Origin: an uncultured Maribacter sp.
Lineage (GTDB): Bacteria; Bacteroidota; Bacteroidia; Flavobacteriales; Flavobacteriaceae
Direction: 5' to 3'
Assembly (NCBI GenBank): GCA_964351985.1
Contig: CAYGPR010000004.1
Coordinates: 67,988 to 131,987, forward strand
DNA length: 64,000 bases
Shown: one piece after another, positions 17,742 through 27,192 of the stretch
How positions within the stretch are numbered: the first letter of the stretch is position 1
How the letters are laid out: every line of letters starts with the position of its first letter
The notes under the pieces: generated by a model
What the model was told of the DNA's origin: nothing
Databases searched by the model: none
The model's input: only the letters and a program-made list of their open reading frames with translations
Translations under genes and position numbers: made by a program

Positions 17742-19448
17742 TTAAGCGACCATAACAGATTTACTCATTTTCTGGTCTTGGACCTGTATTCTATAAATAT
17801 ATTTACCGGCCGACAAATGTTGTGGCATACGTTCGCGAATATTGATCTCGGTCGAACCTTCGGTCATCATCTCATTGAAGATGGTGCCTACCTGTTGTCC
17901 CAGAATATTGAACAACTTGATATCGACGTGTGCCGTAAAAGCCATTTCAAGATAAATATGGGGCATACTGTCCGTTGGATAAAAGGGTTTGTGAACAATG
18001 GCATCCAGCAACGCGGGCGTTGGCTCCGTGGGTTCTTGCGTTGGTATGGTAGGTTCACCATCGCTGTACGCAATATCCGGGAAATCGACACCGCTACAAT
18101 TGAACCCGAGATTTACAGGTGCGTATGTATGTTGTAACAAATGCTGTTCTACCAAAGGAATATCCACACATAACCACTCGGCCAAGACCGTGGCATAAAG
18201 GTCCCTAAAATCCATAGTGAATTCGAGGTTTCCGCGTCCATCAGGATTTTCCAATGTAGGATGTTCGCCAACAAAAGCACTACCATTGAGTCCTGAACCG
18301 AAGAATAGGGTCGGTGCGGCCTTACCATGATCCGTACCGTTGGACCCGTTCTCAAAAATTCGTCTACCGAATTCTGAGAAGGTCATGCTCAAAACTTTTT
18401 CATCTTGTTGGGTACAGGCCAAATCTTCATAGAAATTGTCAATCGCTATAGATAAATTGCTCATCAACCTTTCATGGGCCAAAGGCTGATTGCCATGCGT
18501 ATCGAAACCACCCATAGAAATCATGTACACCTTGGTGCCTAAGTTTCCTTTTATCAAGCTAGCCAAAAGTGCCAATTGCCTTGCGAAGTTGTTGTCTTGA
18601 TATTCGACACCACATTGCAATGCCTGACCTCGTACATATGCTTCGTGTATTTTACCGGCATACTCATTGGTTACATTCGAGACGCCTCGTAAATATTTGA
18701 TTTGATCGCCGTACATACAAGTGTCATCTACTTCGTCGACCGAATAAGGAAAACCTGTTTCGGCAATTTGCTGTAACTGCTCTACATTATTCGTCACGAA
18801 GGCATAGTTGGTTTCCTCACCTTCGAAGACCAAACTACCATAATTTCCTATTTGAATGGCGGCGGGCCCTTCGGGTCGACTACCCGGAAAATCAGATAGG
18901 TAATCGGGATATAGGTGTTCAAAGTGTCGGCCCATCCATCCTGTATCAAGCCCGGAAAAACCAGTGGTCTGCAAATCGGTATTCGCGAAAATATCGGATC
19001 CCGTAAAATGCGAAAGACTCTGATTTTGATATCCTACACCGTGAACGGCTTTGAATTTACCTTCGGCCCACAAGGGCTGCAATGCATTCATATAGGAAGG
19101 AATGCCAAATTCATCGGTCAGTTTTAAGACTTTACTTTCGGGGATATAGATATTCGGCCTTGCATTGGCATAGGCGTCATATTGTTCTATAGGTATAACA
19201 GTACTTAGACCGTCATTGCCACCCGACAACCGAATGAGAATCAAAATATTGTCGGTTTCAGCGGCGGCAATGGCCGAAGTTAGAGGAGAAGGTGCTGAAG
19301 CGGTCAAAAAATTACTGCCCAGCATCATCGATCCAGAACCGGCGATGCCCAAGGCCTGTAAAAAGGAACGTCGGCTCCAGTTTTTATGTTCATCGTCGTG
19401 GCCATCATGTTGTAGGCCTTTATATGGGGTGTTCAGTTTATTACACAT
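17742..19448 (-). CDS. DUF1501-family (sulfatase/phosphatase-fold) protein with Tat signal and T9SS C-terminal sorting domain
   Basis: Twin-arginine motif SRRSFLQALGIAGSG (19356-19376). DUF1501 hallmarks GGFDTHGNQ and FSEFGRR...GTDHG. The C-terminal ~75 aa (DIKLFNILGQQVG...LSAGKYIYRIQVQDQKMSKSVMVA) resemble a Por/T9SS type A sorting tail. Start chosen at the ATG at 19448, just after the upstream gene's stop. Confidence 0.75.
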   Translation of the reverse strand: MCNKLNTPYKGLQHDGHDDEHKNWSRRSFLQALGIAGSGSMMLGSNFLTASAPSPLTSAIAAAETDNILILIRLSGGNDGLSTVIPIEQYDAYANARPNIYIPESKVLKLTDEFGIPSYMNALQPLWAEGKFKAVHGVGYQNQSLSHFTGSDIFANTDLQTTGFSGLDTGWMGRHFEHLYPDYLSDFPGSRPEGPAAIQIGNYGSLVFEGEETNYAFVTNNVEQLQQIAETGFPYSVDEVDDTCMYGDQIKYLRGVSNVTNEYAGKIHEAYVRGQALQCGVEYQDNNFARQLALLASLIKGNLGTKVYMISMGGFDTHGNQPLAHERLMSNLSIAIDNFYEDLACTQQDEKVLSMTFSEFGRRIFENGSNGTDHGKAAPTLFFGSGLNGSAFVGEHPTLENPDGRGNLEFTMDFRDLYATVLAEWLCVDIPLVEQHLLQHTYAPVNLGFNCSGVDFPDIAYSDGEPTIPTQEPTEPTPALLDAIVHKPFYPTDSMPHIYLEMAFTAHVDIKLFNILGQQVGTIFNEMMTEGSTEINIRERMPQHLSAGKYIYRIQVQDQKMSKSVMVA

Positions 19449-19459
19449 AATCGTAGGTT

Positions 19460-20995
19460 TTATTTGAGTTGAAATTCTGGTTGTCTTGAGAGATGTTTTA
19501 ACAATTCTCTCACCTGCATGGGTACCGCTTGGCTTACAGCAAGTATCCATTGGCTAGTACCATCCTGTACATAATCAGGAGAGTAATAGATTTCAGGAAC
19601 CTCTTCTATCTTAAAGGCCGACATACAATTCTCGAACTCTTGTGGGGAGTACATTCCTTTAGGTGTAATCTTATCCACGATGGCCTGTACCACTATCTGT
19701 GGGTTACTGGTATTCATTTGAGCACTACCAACGGCAGCCAGCGCAAAAGCCCTAAACTGTTCGTCATCGGAGCCGTAGAATCCGTCGATAAGATCGACCA
19801 TCGTCAACCAACGTCCAATTATAAAATTGGTATTTATCCATTGGCGGTCTCTTTGCCAACCGGCCACGTCGACGGGATCGAATAGTTCTTGACCCAACAA
19901 CCCACTGTAATTGATCATGGTTTCGATCGTGGTATTGTTGTAGCTAAAACTAGTTTCCGTGAGAAAGTTGAAATAAATATCAAACGGACTCTTAATAATG
20001 ACCCCAATAGCCTCATCATCAAAAAAGTGTTGGCTCTTAAAAAGTTGGGATAATACCGGTGCGATTTCAAAATTATTGGCCACAAAGGTATCCGCCAATC
20101 CGTTTATAATTGCTTGTGGATGTCCTGTTGGATAGGTACCTCCTGCGTTAATGTCCTCTTGTTTTGAGTCGGGATGTACGAAGAATTCATAGAATTTGGT
20201 ACATATAAATCTACCGATTTCGGTAGCACGTTGCTCAAAAAGAATATTGATTACGTCGTCATAACCCCAATTTCCGGTCTGGCCGAATATCGTCTTGGGT
20301 CCAGCATCATGTTTAGTGGGGTCGAACGTGACTGCTTCGCAACCAAGTTCTCCGCGTTCTACATATCCGGTGATGGCCTTCGCCGTTTCGATAATATCAT
20401 TTTCATCATATCCATTGCCATCACCAAGCGTGAAAAGTTCATAGAGCTCGCGGGCATAATTTTCATTGGGGTTGTTCCCGTTGTTAAAAACACCATCCAA
20501 ATAATAGAGCATGGCATCGGTAAGACCTATTTCGCTTACGAAAGTCTTGAAATTTCCAATAGAATTACGTTGAAGGCAATTGATGTATTTATAAAGAAAA
20601 GCATTACACTCATATACATCGAGCTCTGTCACAAAATGATTGCTCCAGAAAAAGCTCAGACGATCTCTGAGATTATTGGCGAACAGGTCGTTGCCGTAGG
20701 TTATTTGCCATTCTGCACGTTGTTGGTTCCTCAGTTGGTTCGCCGCATCATCGTCCGCGGGGTAATTACTGTTGTTCCAATTTGCCCAGACGGGTGCCGG
20801 GGAAGGGGCTTTCCCTACAGCTTCACTTATCAGCGCATCTACTAAGGCACCAGCTTGTCCGTTTTCTGCGGAGTCGATGGTACTTACAGAGGCACTGAAG
20901 CCAAGTCTTCTATACAAATGCGCCGCCCTATATTTATCCAAAGGGGTCGTGTAAGGCGCTAATGTAGAGGTATTACAATTAACGAAATATTCCAT
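19460..20995 (-). CDS. DUF1800-family protein
   Basis: Motifs HLYRRLGFSA and FFWSNHFVT. Sits directly upstream of a DUF1501 gene, which is the usual pairing. Confidence 0.75.
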   Translation of the reverse strand: MEYFVNCNTSTLAPYTTPLDKYRAAHLYRRLGFSASVSTIDSAENGQAGALVDALISEAVGKAPSPAPVWANWNNSNYPADDDAANQLRNQQRAEWQITYGNDLFANNLRDRLSFFWSNHFVTELDVYECNAFLYKYINCLQRNSIGNFKTFVSEIGLTDAMLYYLDGVFNNGNNPNENYARELYELFTLGDGNGYDENDIIETAKAITGYVERGELGCEAVTFDPTKHDAGPKTIFGQTGNWGYDDVINILFEQRATEIGRFICTKFYEFFVHPDSKQEDINAGGTYPTGHPQAIINGLADTFVANNFEIAPVLSQLFKSQHFFDDEAIGVIIKSPFDIYFNFLTETSFSYNNTTIETMINYSGLLGQELFDPVDVAGWQRDRQWINTNFIIGRWLTMVDLIDGFYGSDDEQFRAFALAAVGSAQMNTSNPQIVVQAIVDKITPKGMYSPQEFENCMSAFKIEEVPEIYYSPDYVQDGTSQWILAVSQAVPMQVRELLKHLSRQPEFQLK

Positions 20996-21189
20996 AGTTT
21001 TAAGGTTAAGAACAGTTCATGTGCGTAGGGGGCAGTTTCTTAACGCTTCAATGGTTTGGATAGTATCTTACTCCAAGTTTTTTCGTTGAATGGTTTGCCA
21101 ATTTATGAACTTACGAGCGAATACGCCGTTCAAGTACGTATATTTTCGATGAAATACACATTTTTGATATACTAAAGCAAGGATTAGGG

Positions 21190-21549
21190 ATGGGAAAACA
21201 TAATGAGTTTGGTAAAGAGGGCGAACAGATTGCTGTAGATTATTTAATAAAAAAAGGCTATAAAATCAAATACCGGAATTACCGTTACCTGAAATCGGAA
21301 ATCGATATCATCGCTCAAAAGGAAAATGTTCTTGCCATCGTTGAGGTACGGGCCAGGAGCAATGATCAAATTATAAACATTGCGGATACCATTACCCCGA
21401 AGAAAATAAAACTGCTGGTCATGGGTGCCGACCATTATGTCACAGAACAAAACTTGGATGTAGAGGTACGTTTTGATATCATCGCCATTCTAAAAAATAA
21501 GAAGATCTTCAAAATAGACCATTTAGAAAGTGCTTTCTATCATTTTTGA
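21190..21549 (+). CDS. YraN-family (UPF0102) predicted endonuclease
   Basis: 119 aa. Motifs GEQIAVDYLIKKGYKI...RYLKSEIDIIA...VEVRAR are typical of UPF0102. Confidence 0.8.
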   Translation: MGKHNEFGKEGEQIAVDYLIKKGYKIKYRNYRYLKSEIDIIAQKENVLAIVEVRARSNDQIINIADTITPKKIKLLVMGADHYVTEQNLDVEVRFDIIAILKNKKIFKIDHLESAFYHF

Positions 21550-21585
21550 ACATGGAAGTGATTTGTTTTATTTATAACATTTTGT

Positions 21586-21593
21586 TATTTTTG
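21586..21593 (+). promoter_or_regulatory. -7 promoter box TATTTTTG
   Basis: Matches TAnnTTTG, 32 nt upstream of the ATG at 21626. A TTG lies about 20 nt further upstream (21563-21565). Confidence 0.35.
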
Positions 21594-21625
21594 AAATTCA
21601 TCAAATCAAAATTAATCACAACACT

Positions 21626-22285
21626 ATGAAAACCATTTCTTCTGTCGTCGAGCAGTACATCAAAAAGAAGCCCTTTCTGCAAAGTGCTTTGGCACAAGGC
21701 ATCATCAACCTTACGTCATTATCGCGGATCGTAAAGCCTGAAATTGAAAATGAATTGGGAAAGGATATTCGTAACGGAGCTATCGTTATGGCTTTGAAAC
21801 GACTTTCTGACGATCTTGAATTTCGTGCGACCCATAAGATTATCAAGGTTCTAAAAAATATCGGTGAAATTACCGTACGCTCTTCCCTGACCGATTTTAC
21901 CTTTCTGGTCTCCGATACCATTTTAGAGAACCAAACGCAACTGCTGAAGGAAGTAAACAAGAACAAAGATGTTTTTTATACTTCTTCACGCGGAGTGAAC
22001 GAACTGAATATCGTAGTCAGTAACATTTTGGATCGTACCGTAGAAACACTTTTTGAAAATGAACGCTGCACCCAAAAAGCTGAAGAATTATCGTCTATCA
22101 CTGTAAAACTTCCTGCAGAGAATGTTTCCGTTCCCGGAATTTATTATTTCATTTTTCAGCGCCTGGCCTGGGAAGGTATTGTATTGTACGAAGTCATTTC
22201 AACCACTAACGAATTTACGATTCTGGTCGATGACAATCAGGTCGATATTGCTTTCAAGACCATTAAGGATTTAAAGACGCTTTAA
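21626..22285 (+). CDS. Conserved hypothetical protein (possibly ACT-domain-like)
   Basis: Clean 219-aa ORF with its own promoter box. From memory it resembles a Flavobacteriia-conserved protein family. No catalytic motif recognised. Confidence 0.4.
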   Translation: MKTISSVVEQYIKKKPFLQSALAQGIINLTSLSRIVKPEIENELGKDIRNGAIVMALKRLSDDLEFRATHKIIKVLKNIGEITVRSSLTDFTFLVSDTILENQTQLLKEVNKNKDVFYTSSRGVNELNIVVSNILDRTVETLFENERCTQKAEELSSITVKLPAENVSVPGIYYFIFQRLAWEGIVLYEVISTTNEFTILVDDNQVDIAFKTIKDLKTL

Positions 22286-22380
22286 ATATTTGTATTCACG
22301 ATGCCGATATTTGTCGGGAGAGGGGATTTGTGCACTTAATTCGAACGCTAGACTCGATAGTATTTTCTCTTTGACAACAA

Positions 22381-22431
22381 ACAGATTACTTCGTCATGCC
22401 GATTAAAATCGGCATTCCCCGTAATTTCGAG
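22381..22431. repeat. Family A-related element (variant) with hairpin ATGCCGATT-aaa-AATCGGCAT
   Basis: ACAGATTACTTCGTC (22381-22395) is the exact reverse complement of GACGAAGTAATCTGT at 36129-36143. It is followed by a 9-bp-stem hairpin at 22396-22414. Confidence 0.6.
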
Positions 22432-23778
22432 TTAATTGTTCAAAAACTCCACTACTTCTTTGTCGCTTTGAGGGTTGGCGATAATGTGTTTCTCCTTGTC
22501 CAAAATAAAGTAGGTGGGTGTACGCTGAATGGCATAGGCCTTGGCATATTCACTCTCCCACTTGCCCAGGGCGATGGCATGTTCGAAATGCTCCAACTTG
22601 GCAGATTCGTTTTTCCAGTTTGCTTCATTATCTTCTAACCCTACGGCCAGTACTTTTACATCATCGTTCGACATCAATTTTTTGTGTAAGGGTGGAAGCT
22701 CTTTGAGGCAATGCGAACAGGTGCTGCTCCAAAAGATAATAACATAACACTCCGCATCTTCCCATTCACTTAGTTTTTTTGTGGTATTGCCATCTTTCCA
22801 AGTAATTTCAGGTGCTTTTGCGCCGTTCCGGATACGATTGTTAACTTCGATATCGGTAATGATTTTTTGATTGTCGGTGGCTTGGGCAAGATTTTTTAAA
22901 TAGGTAGTAAAGACAAAATCCGCGGTATCGTTAAAACCGTTCGCATTAGCCATATTCCAGATTTTATAAAAAATATGCATTTGAAAAGGGGAGCCCGTGC
23001 CTTTTAGTTTTTCGTGTACCGTCTTTATATTTTCTTGTAACGTCTTTTCGGTTTCAACCTTTGAGATTCTTTCCGTGCTAATCGGGGTGAAAACATAATT
23101 GGTCAATTTATCGGTTAGAAAACCGGAAGCCTGTAACACCGGGTTTTTAACATCGAGATGTTTAAAAAAATTATCCTTTTTATGCTTCCAATAAGCTTCA
23201 GTGGTTTCATAGTCCGAGGGAATATAGGGTCGATTGGCCTTTACAAAATGGTGCGCCAACATATTCTCGGTGCTTTGCTCAAAAGCAAACTGTACATCTT
23301 CCAGTTTTTCACCCAGTTTTTTATAGGCTTTCTTATCGGTCTTCCCATTGGAATAAAAGTCCATGAATTCTTGCTTGACCCCAGTAATTTCCCTAAAGTA
23401 AGCGTTGAAAATTTTGTTCTCTTCCGAGGAAACGAATGAAATTCCCTTTTGGGCATCGAAATTGAATTGAATATTTTCCTTTCCGTTATAGAGAACATCA
23501 AAATAGAATTCCTCTTGTGGTACGCCGTAGACCAGACGATATATTCCTGCAGGTGCGTTCTGGGGAATCTGCATGCTGAACTTTCCGTCATTTATGGCCG
23601 TATCGGCTACGTATCCCTGGGTGCCGGGCTTCAGTCCGTAGGCGATTAACCAAGTATAATCCTTGGCGGGAGAAAAAGTACCTGAAATCGTATGTTGGGC
23701 CTGTATGGAAAATGTCATGGTCAGGGCTAAAACAAAAATTAGTTGTTTCATAAGAGTGTTCATTAAATATAGGGACAT
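22432..23778 (-). CDS. TlpA/ResA-like thioredoxin-fold thiol-disulfide oxidoreductase with N-terminal accessory domain
   Basis: C-terminal thioredoxin fold with the CXXC motif WSSTCSHC. Signal peptide MKQLIFVLALTMTFSIQAQ, so the true start may be 23751 or 23763. Confidence 0.7.
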   Translation of the reverse strand: MSLYLMNTLMKQLIFVLALTMTFSIQAQHTISGTFSPAKDYTWLIAYGLKPGTQGYVADTAINDGKFSMQIPQNAPAGIYRLVYGVPQEEFYFDVLYNGKENIQFNFDAQKGISFVSSEENKIFNAYFREITGVKQEFMDFYSNGKTDKKAYKKLGEKLEDVQFAFEQSTENMLAHHFVKANRPYIPSDYETTEAYWKHKKDNFFKHLDVKNPVLQASGFLTDKLTNYVFTPISTERISKVETEKTLQENIKTVHEKLKGTGSPFQMHIFYKIWNMANANGFNDTADFVFTTYLKNLAQATDNQKIITDIEVNNRIRNGAKAPEITWKDGNTTKKLSEWEDAECYVIIFWSSTCSHCLKELPPLHKKLMSNDDVKVLAVGLEDNEANWKNESAKLEHFEHAIALGKWESEYAKAYAIQRTPTYFILDKEKHIIANPQSDKEVVEFLNN

Positions 23779-23785
23779 ACTGTTC

Positions 23786-25702
23786 TTAGTCCTTGATCAT
23801 TTGTTCTTCTTTGACCAATAAGGGTTGGGAGTCTACAACACCGCCCACTTGTACCGATGAGGATCCATATACTTGAATGGTCGATTTAATAAAGTCTTCT
23901 TCGTTCGCCTCGTAAATATTGTCCACATATTTTTGTGGATTGCGGTCGATATAGGGAAACCAAGTACTATGAATCTGGATCATAATACGATGCCCCTTTT
24001 TAAAGGTGTGCAGTACATCTTGCAAACGAAAGTTTACATCGTTTATCTCGCCCTGTTTAAAGGGCTCAGGAGCTGCAAAACTATTGCGGAACCTCCCACG
24101 GAAAACTTCCGACCGTACCAATTGTTGATAGCCGCCCATGATGATGTTATCGGGATTATGTTCGTACTTCGGATGGTCGTTCGGGTACACATCGATCAGC
24201 TTGACAATGAAATCGGCATCCGTACCGGTCATCGAAACTTTGAGGGCCGCTAAGATTTCTCCGGCAAGCACCCGATCCTGGGTGAGTATTTCCGTTTCGA
24301 AGGTGAGCACATCGGGCCGCGTTGAAGCATGCCGCTGATCGTCAGACATAAACCTACGCGGCGTAAAGGTGAGTCCCTCGGTCTGGGATGTATAGGGCAC
24401 AGGTTTATTGGGGTCGCTGGTATATTCAAAAACCGCTTTTTCGTCGATAGGTTTATTAATGCCCAGTGTGCCGTTTTTACCAAAATAAAGGGTGACGGGT
24501 TCTATTTCTTTGGGAGGCCATGCATCGAAAGTCTCCCATTTTTTAGCACCGGTGTCGAACATATATGCTTCCGGTAACGAATTCTTGCCTTCATCTTTGA
24601 GATGATGCGCAAAGAACGTTCGCTCGATTTCTCGCTGATAAAAGGTTGAAATGCTATCCCCGAAATAAATATGGTTGTGTGTAGTTTTCCCTTTTTCACC
24701 GGCCCATCCGCCGTGATCCCAAGGCCCCATGACGATAGTGTTTTTAGCATCAGGGCTCGTAGCTTCAACGGTTTTGTAAATGTTCAACGGGCCATAGAGA
24801 TCCTCTGCATCGAACCAGCCTCCAACGGTCATTACTGCATGGTCGATTCCTTTTAAATGGGGTAGAATACTCCTTTTCTGCCAAAATTCGTCGTAATTCG
24901 GGTGTTCTACAATCTGTTTCCAAAAGAAATTGTCGTGATGGTATTTTTCGGTAATGTTTTTCAAAGGTCCGAGACGCAAATGAAAATCGTAACCGTCCGA
25001 AGCCGGATCATCATAAAAGCGCTTGATCTTATCCATAAACCAAGGTTGACGGGTAAGGCTATCCTTTTGATAGCCAAAAACGGCAAAGGCGGCCGTATAG
25101 CTTTGCAAATATGCCCCTTGATGGTGAAAGTCATCGAAGAAAAAGTCCGATATCGGAGCTTGGGGTGAAGATGCCTTTAGGGCCGGATGCGCATCGGGCA
25201 AAGCCGCAGCGGTGTAAAATCCGGGATAGGAGATGCCATACATTCCCACCCTTCCGTTATTACCCTTGATTTTCTTGATCATCCAGTCGATGGTATCCCA
25301 CGTATCGGAACTTTCATCGATATCGGTTTTGTTCCGTTTATTATTTCCGGGAATATTGGGCCTCATGTTGTCAAAAGTACCATCGGACATATATCTTCCC
25401 CGTACGTCTTGAAAGACCAAAATATAGCCATCTTCCACCAAATATTTTGACGGATACCCACTTCCTTCAAAATTAGTGTAACCGGAGGCATTGTAACAAG
25501 TACGATTCAAAAGTATGGGATACTTTCTAGAAGTATCCTTTGGGGTATAGACGACCGTAAACAACTCGGCCCCATCGCGCATCGGAATGCGATATTCCGC
25601 CAAATCATAATGTTGTCTTAGGTAGAGTGAATCTGAATTTTGCGCGAGGCAGTTTGTTGCGACGAACAAAAAAATCGCTAGTTGTAACAATCGTTTTTTC
25701 AT
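23786..25702 (-). CDS. CocE/NonD-family (peptidase S15, Xaa-Pro dipeptidyl-peptidase-like) serine hydrolase, secreted
   Basis: Signal peptide. Nucleophile elbow GMYGISYPGF. About 640 aa with a C-terminal beta-sandwich region typical of the family. Confidence 0.75.
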   Translation of the reverse strand: MKKRLLQLAIFLFVATNCLAQNSDSLYLRQHYDLAEYRIPMRDGAELFTVVYTPKDTSRKYPILLNRTCYNASGYTNFEGSGYPSKYLVEDGYILVFQDVRGRYMSDGTFDNMRPNIPGNNKRNKTDIDESSDTWDTIDWMIKKIKGNNGRVGMYGISYPGFYTAAALPDAHPALKASSPQAPISDFFFDDFHHQGAYLQSYTAAFAVFGYQKDSLTRQPWFMDKIKRFYDDPASDGYDFHLRLGPLKNITEKYHHDNFFWKQIVEHPNYDEFWQKRSILPHLKGIDHAVMTVGGWFDAEDLYGPLNIYKTVEATSPDAKNTIVMGPWDHGGWAGEKGKTTHNHIYFGDSISTFYQREIERTFFAHHLKDEGKNSLPEAYMFDTGAKKWETFDAWPPKEIEPVTLYFGKNGTLGINKPIDEKAVFEYTSDPNKPVPYTSQTEGLTFTPRRFMSDDQRHASTRPDVLTFETEILTQDRVLAGEILAALKVSMTGTDADFIVKLIDVYPNDHPKYEHNPDNIIMGGYQQLVRSEVFRGRFRNSFAAPEPFKQGEINDVNFRLQDVLHTFKKGHRIMIQIHSTWFPYIDRNPQKYVDNIYEANEEDFIKSTIQVYGSSSVQVGGVVDSQPLLVKEEQMIKD

Positions 25703-25835
25703 GGCTTATGCTTTCTCAAAGGTTCGAAATATGAGGTACAAAGTACAAAGTAATATGGAATAATTGAAAGGGACGCACAGACAATATTTAAGTACGGGTT
25801 ACGTAATCCGAACTTGCCTTAAAGAATCCTTTATC

Positions 25836-27104
25836 CTACTCCAATGGGCCGTACACTGCATCACGGAAATTTTTGTGCAGTCCGATACCATCATAGGGGA
25901 ATAGTTGCACGAATAGCACGGCGGTCAAATCGTTTATGGGATCTACCCAAAAGAGAGTGCTCGCGGCCCCGTCCCAAAAGAATTCACCGACTACGCCCAT
26001 ATTTTCTTCAGCGTTGACAGGTGGTGCTATGCGAACGGCAAAATCTATACCGAAACCGACTTGCCCTTTGCTGGGTAAAAAATGTCGTTCGGTCACGCTG
26101 TCGGCCAGTTGGTTGGTGGCCATTAATTTTACGGTTTCGGGTTTAAGGATCGTGACGGAGTCCAACCTACCTTTATTGACCAACATTTGGGCAAATTTCA
26201 TATAATCGTCGAGGGTCGAGGTGAGTCCCGAGCCACCTCGGGTCAAGGGCCATTTTTTTGTATAATTTTCATAGGTGATGGTATCTCGTTCCAATTGTCC
26301 TTCTCCCGTTCTTCGGTAGAGTGCTGCAAACTGGTCTTGATCTTCTTCGGGAATAAAATAGCGGGTCTTGTCCATACCTAACGGATCCAATACATGTTCG
26401 CGTACATAATCACTATAGGGCTGCCCTGAAATACGCTCCACTAAAAAAGCTTGTACATCCACCGAAGAACCATACAGCCATTCCTCCCCTGGGTGAAATG
26501 CCAATGGCGTCTGGCCCATAATTTCGGCCATTTTCACCAATGTGTTTTCACGGTTGAGGGCATCGACTTCGGAAACTATTTTTCCCAAACCAGAATTGCC
26601 TCCACTGCCAAAACCTGCTGTATGCCGGGTAATGTCACGAATAGTAATGTCACGGTTTACATCTTCCAAGATAGGGTTGCCCTGTGCATCTTCATCGACG
26701 TACACTTTCATGTTTTCAAATTCGGGAGCGTACTTTGAAAGCGGGTCGTCAAGTTCAAATTTTCCTTCCTCGTATAGGGTCATCAAAGCAGTACCTGTAA
26801 CGGGTTTGGTCATCGAATAGATCTGTACAATTGTGTTGCGATCCATTTTTTTGTTGGTTTCACGATCCGCATAACCGAAGGTGTTGAAATAGACTTCTTG
26901 GTCTTTTTCAAAGATTAGGGCAGAGACGCCTGCGATGTTGCCAGAGTCGACAAAGGCTTGTAAAGTGCTGTCTAGGCGGGTTTTGGCGGAGTCATTGATA
27001 ATGGTGTTCGTATCTTGAATTTCGCTAACCGACCGGGGGGTCTCTTTGCAGGCTAAAAAAACAAACAAAGTAATGGCGAAGAAAAAAAGTACTTTAGGTT
27101 TCAT
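25836..27104 (-). CDS. Serine hydrolase, beta-lactamase/PBP4-like family, lipoprotein
   Basis: SxxK motif (YSMTKPVT). Lipobox FVFLAC. Confidence 0.75.
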   Translation of the reverse strand: MKPKVLFFFAITLFVFLACKETPRSVSEIQDTNTIINDSAKTRLDSTLQAFVDSGNIAGVSALIFEKDQEVYFNTFGYADRETNKKMDRNTIVQIYSMTKPVTGTALMTLYEEGKFELDDPLSKYAPEFENMKVYVDEDAQGNPILEDVNRDITIRDITRHTAGFGSGGNSGLGKIVSEVDALNRENTLVKMAEIMGQTPLAFHPGEEWLYGSSVDVQAFLVERISGQPYSDYVREHVLDPLGMDKTRYFIPEEDQDQFAALYRRTGEGQLERDTITYENYTKKWPLTRGGSGLTSTLDDYMKFAQMLVNKGRLDSVTILKPETVKLMATNQLADSVTERHFLPSKGQVGFGIDFAVRIAPPVNAEENMGVVGEFFWDGAASTLFWVDPINDLTAVLFVQLFPYDGIGLHKNFRDAVYGPLE

Positions 27105-27192
27105 ATAGTGGCATGTTTAAGGAGCATAAGTAATAGGATAGAAATATACTGAAAACCATATTCAAAGTTTTAATTAAACCATTATAATACTT

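Noticed and set aside
20174-20845. 223-aa ORF on the plus strand
   Set aside because: It lies entirely antisense within the DUF1800 gene, which has clear family motifs. It has no recognisable motif and an odd composition, so I treat it as a shadow ORF. The same reasoning applies to 11154-11762, 17631-18137, 28112-28543, 29549-30034, 40791-41147, 41050-41496, 55285-55770 and the many 60-120-aa antisense ORFs in the track.
25733-25750. Mini tandem GTACAAA GTACAAA GTA
   Set aside because: It has only about 2.4 copies of a 7-mer in AT-rich intergenic DNA, which is within chance expectation, and no supporting context.
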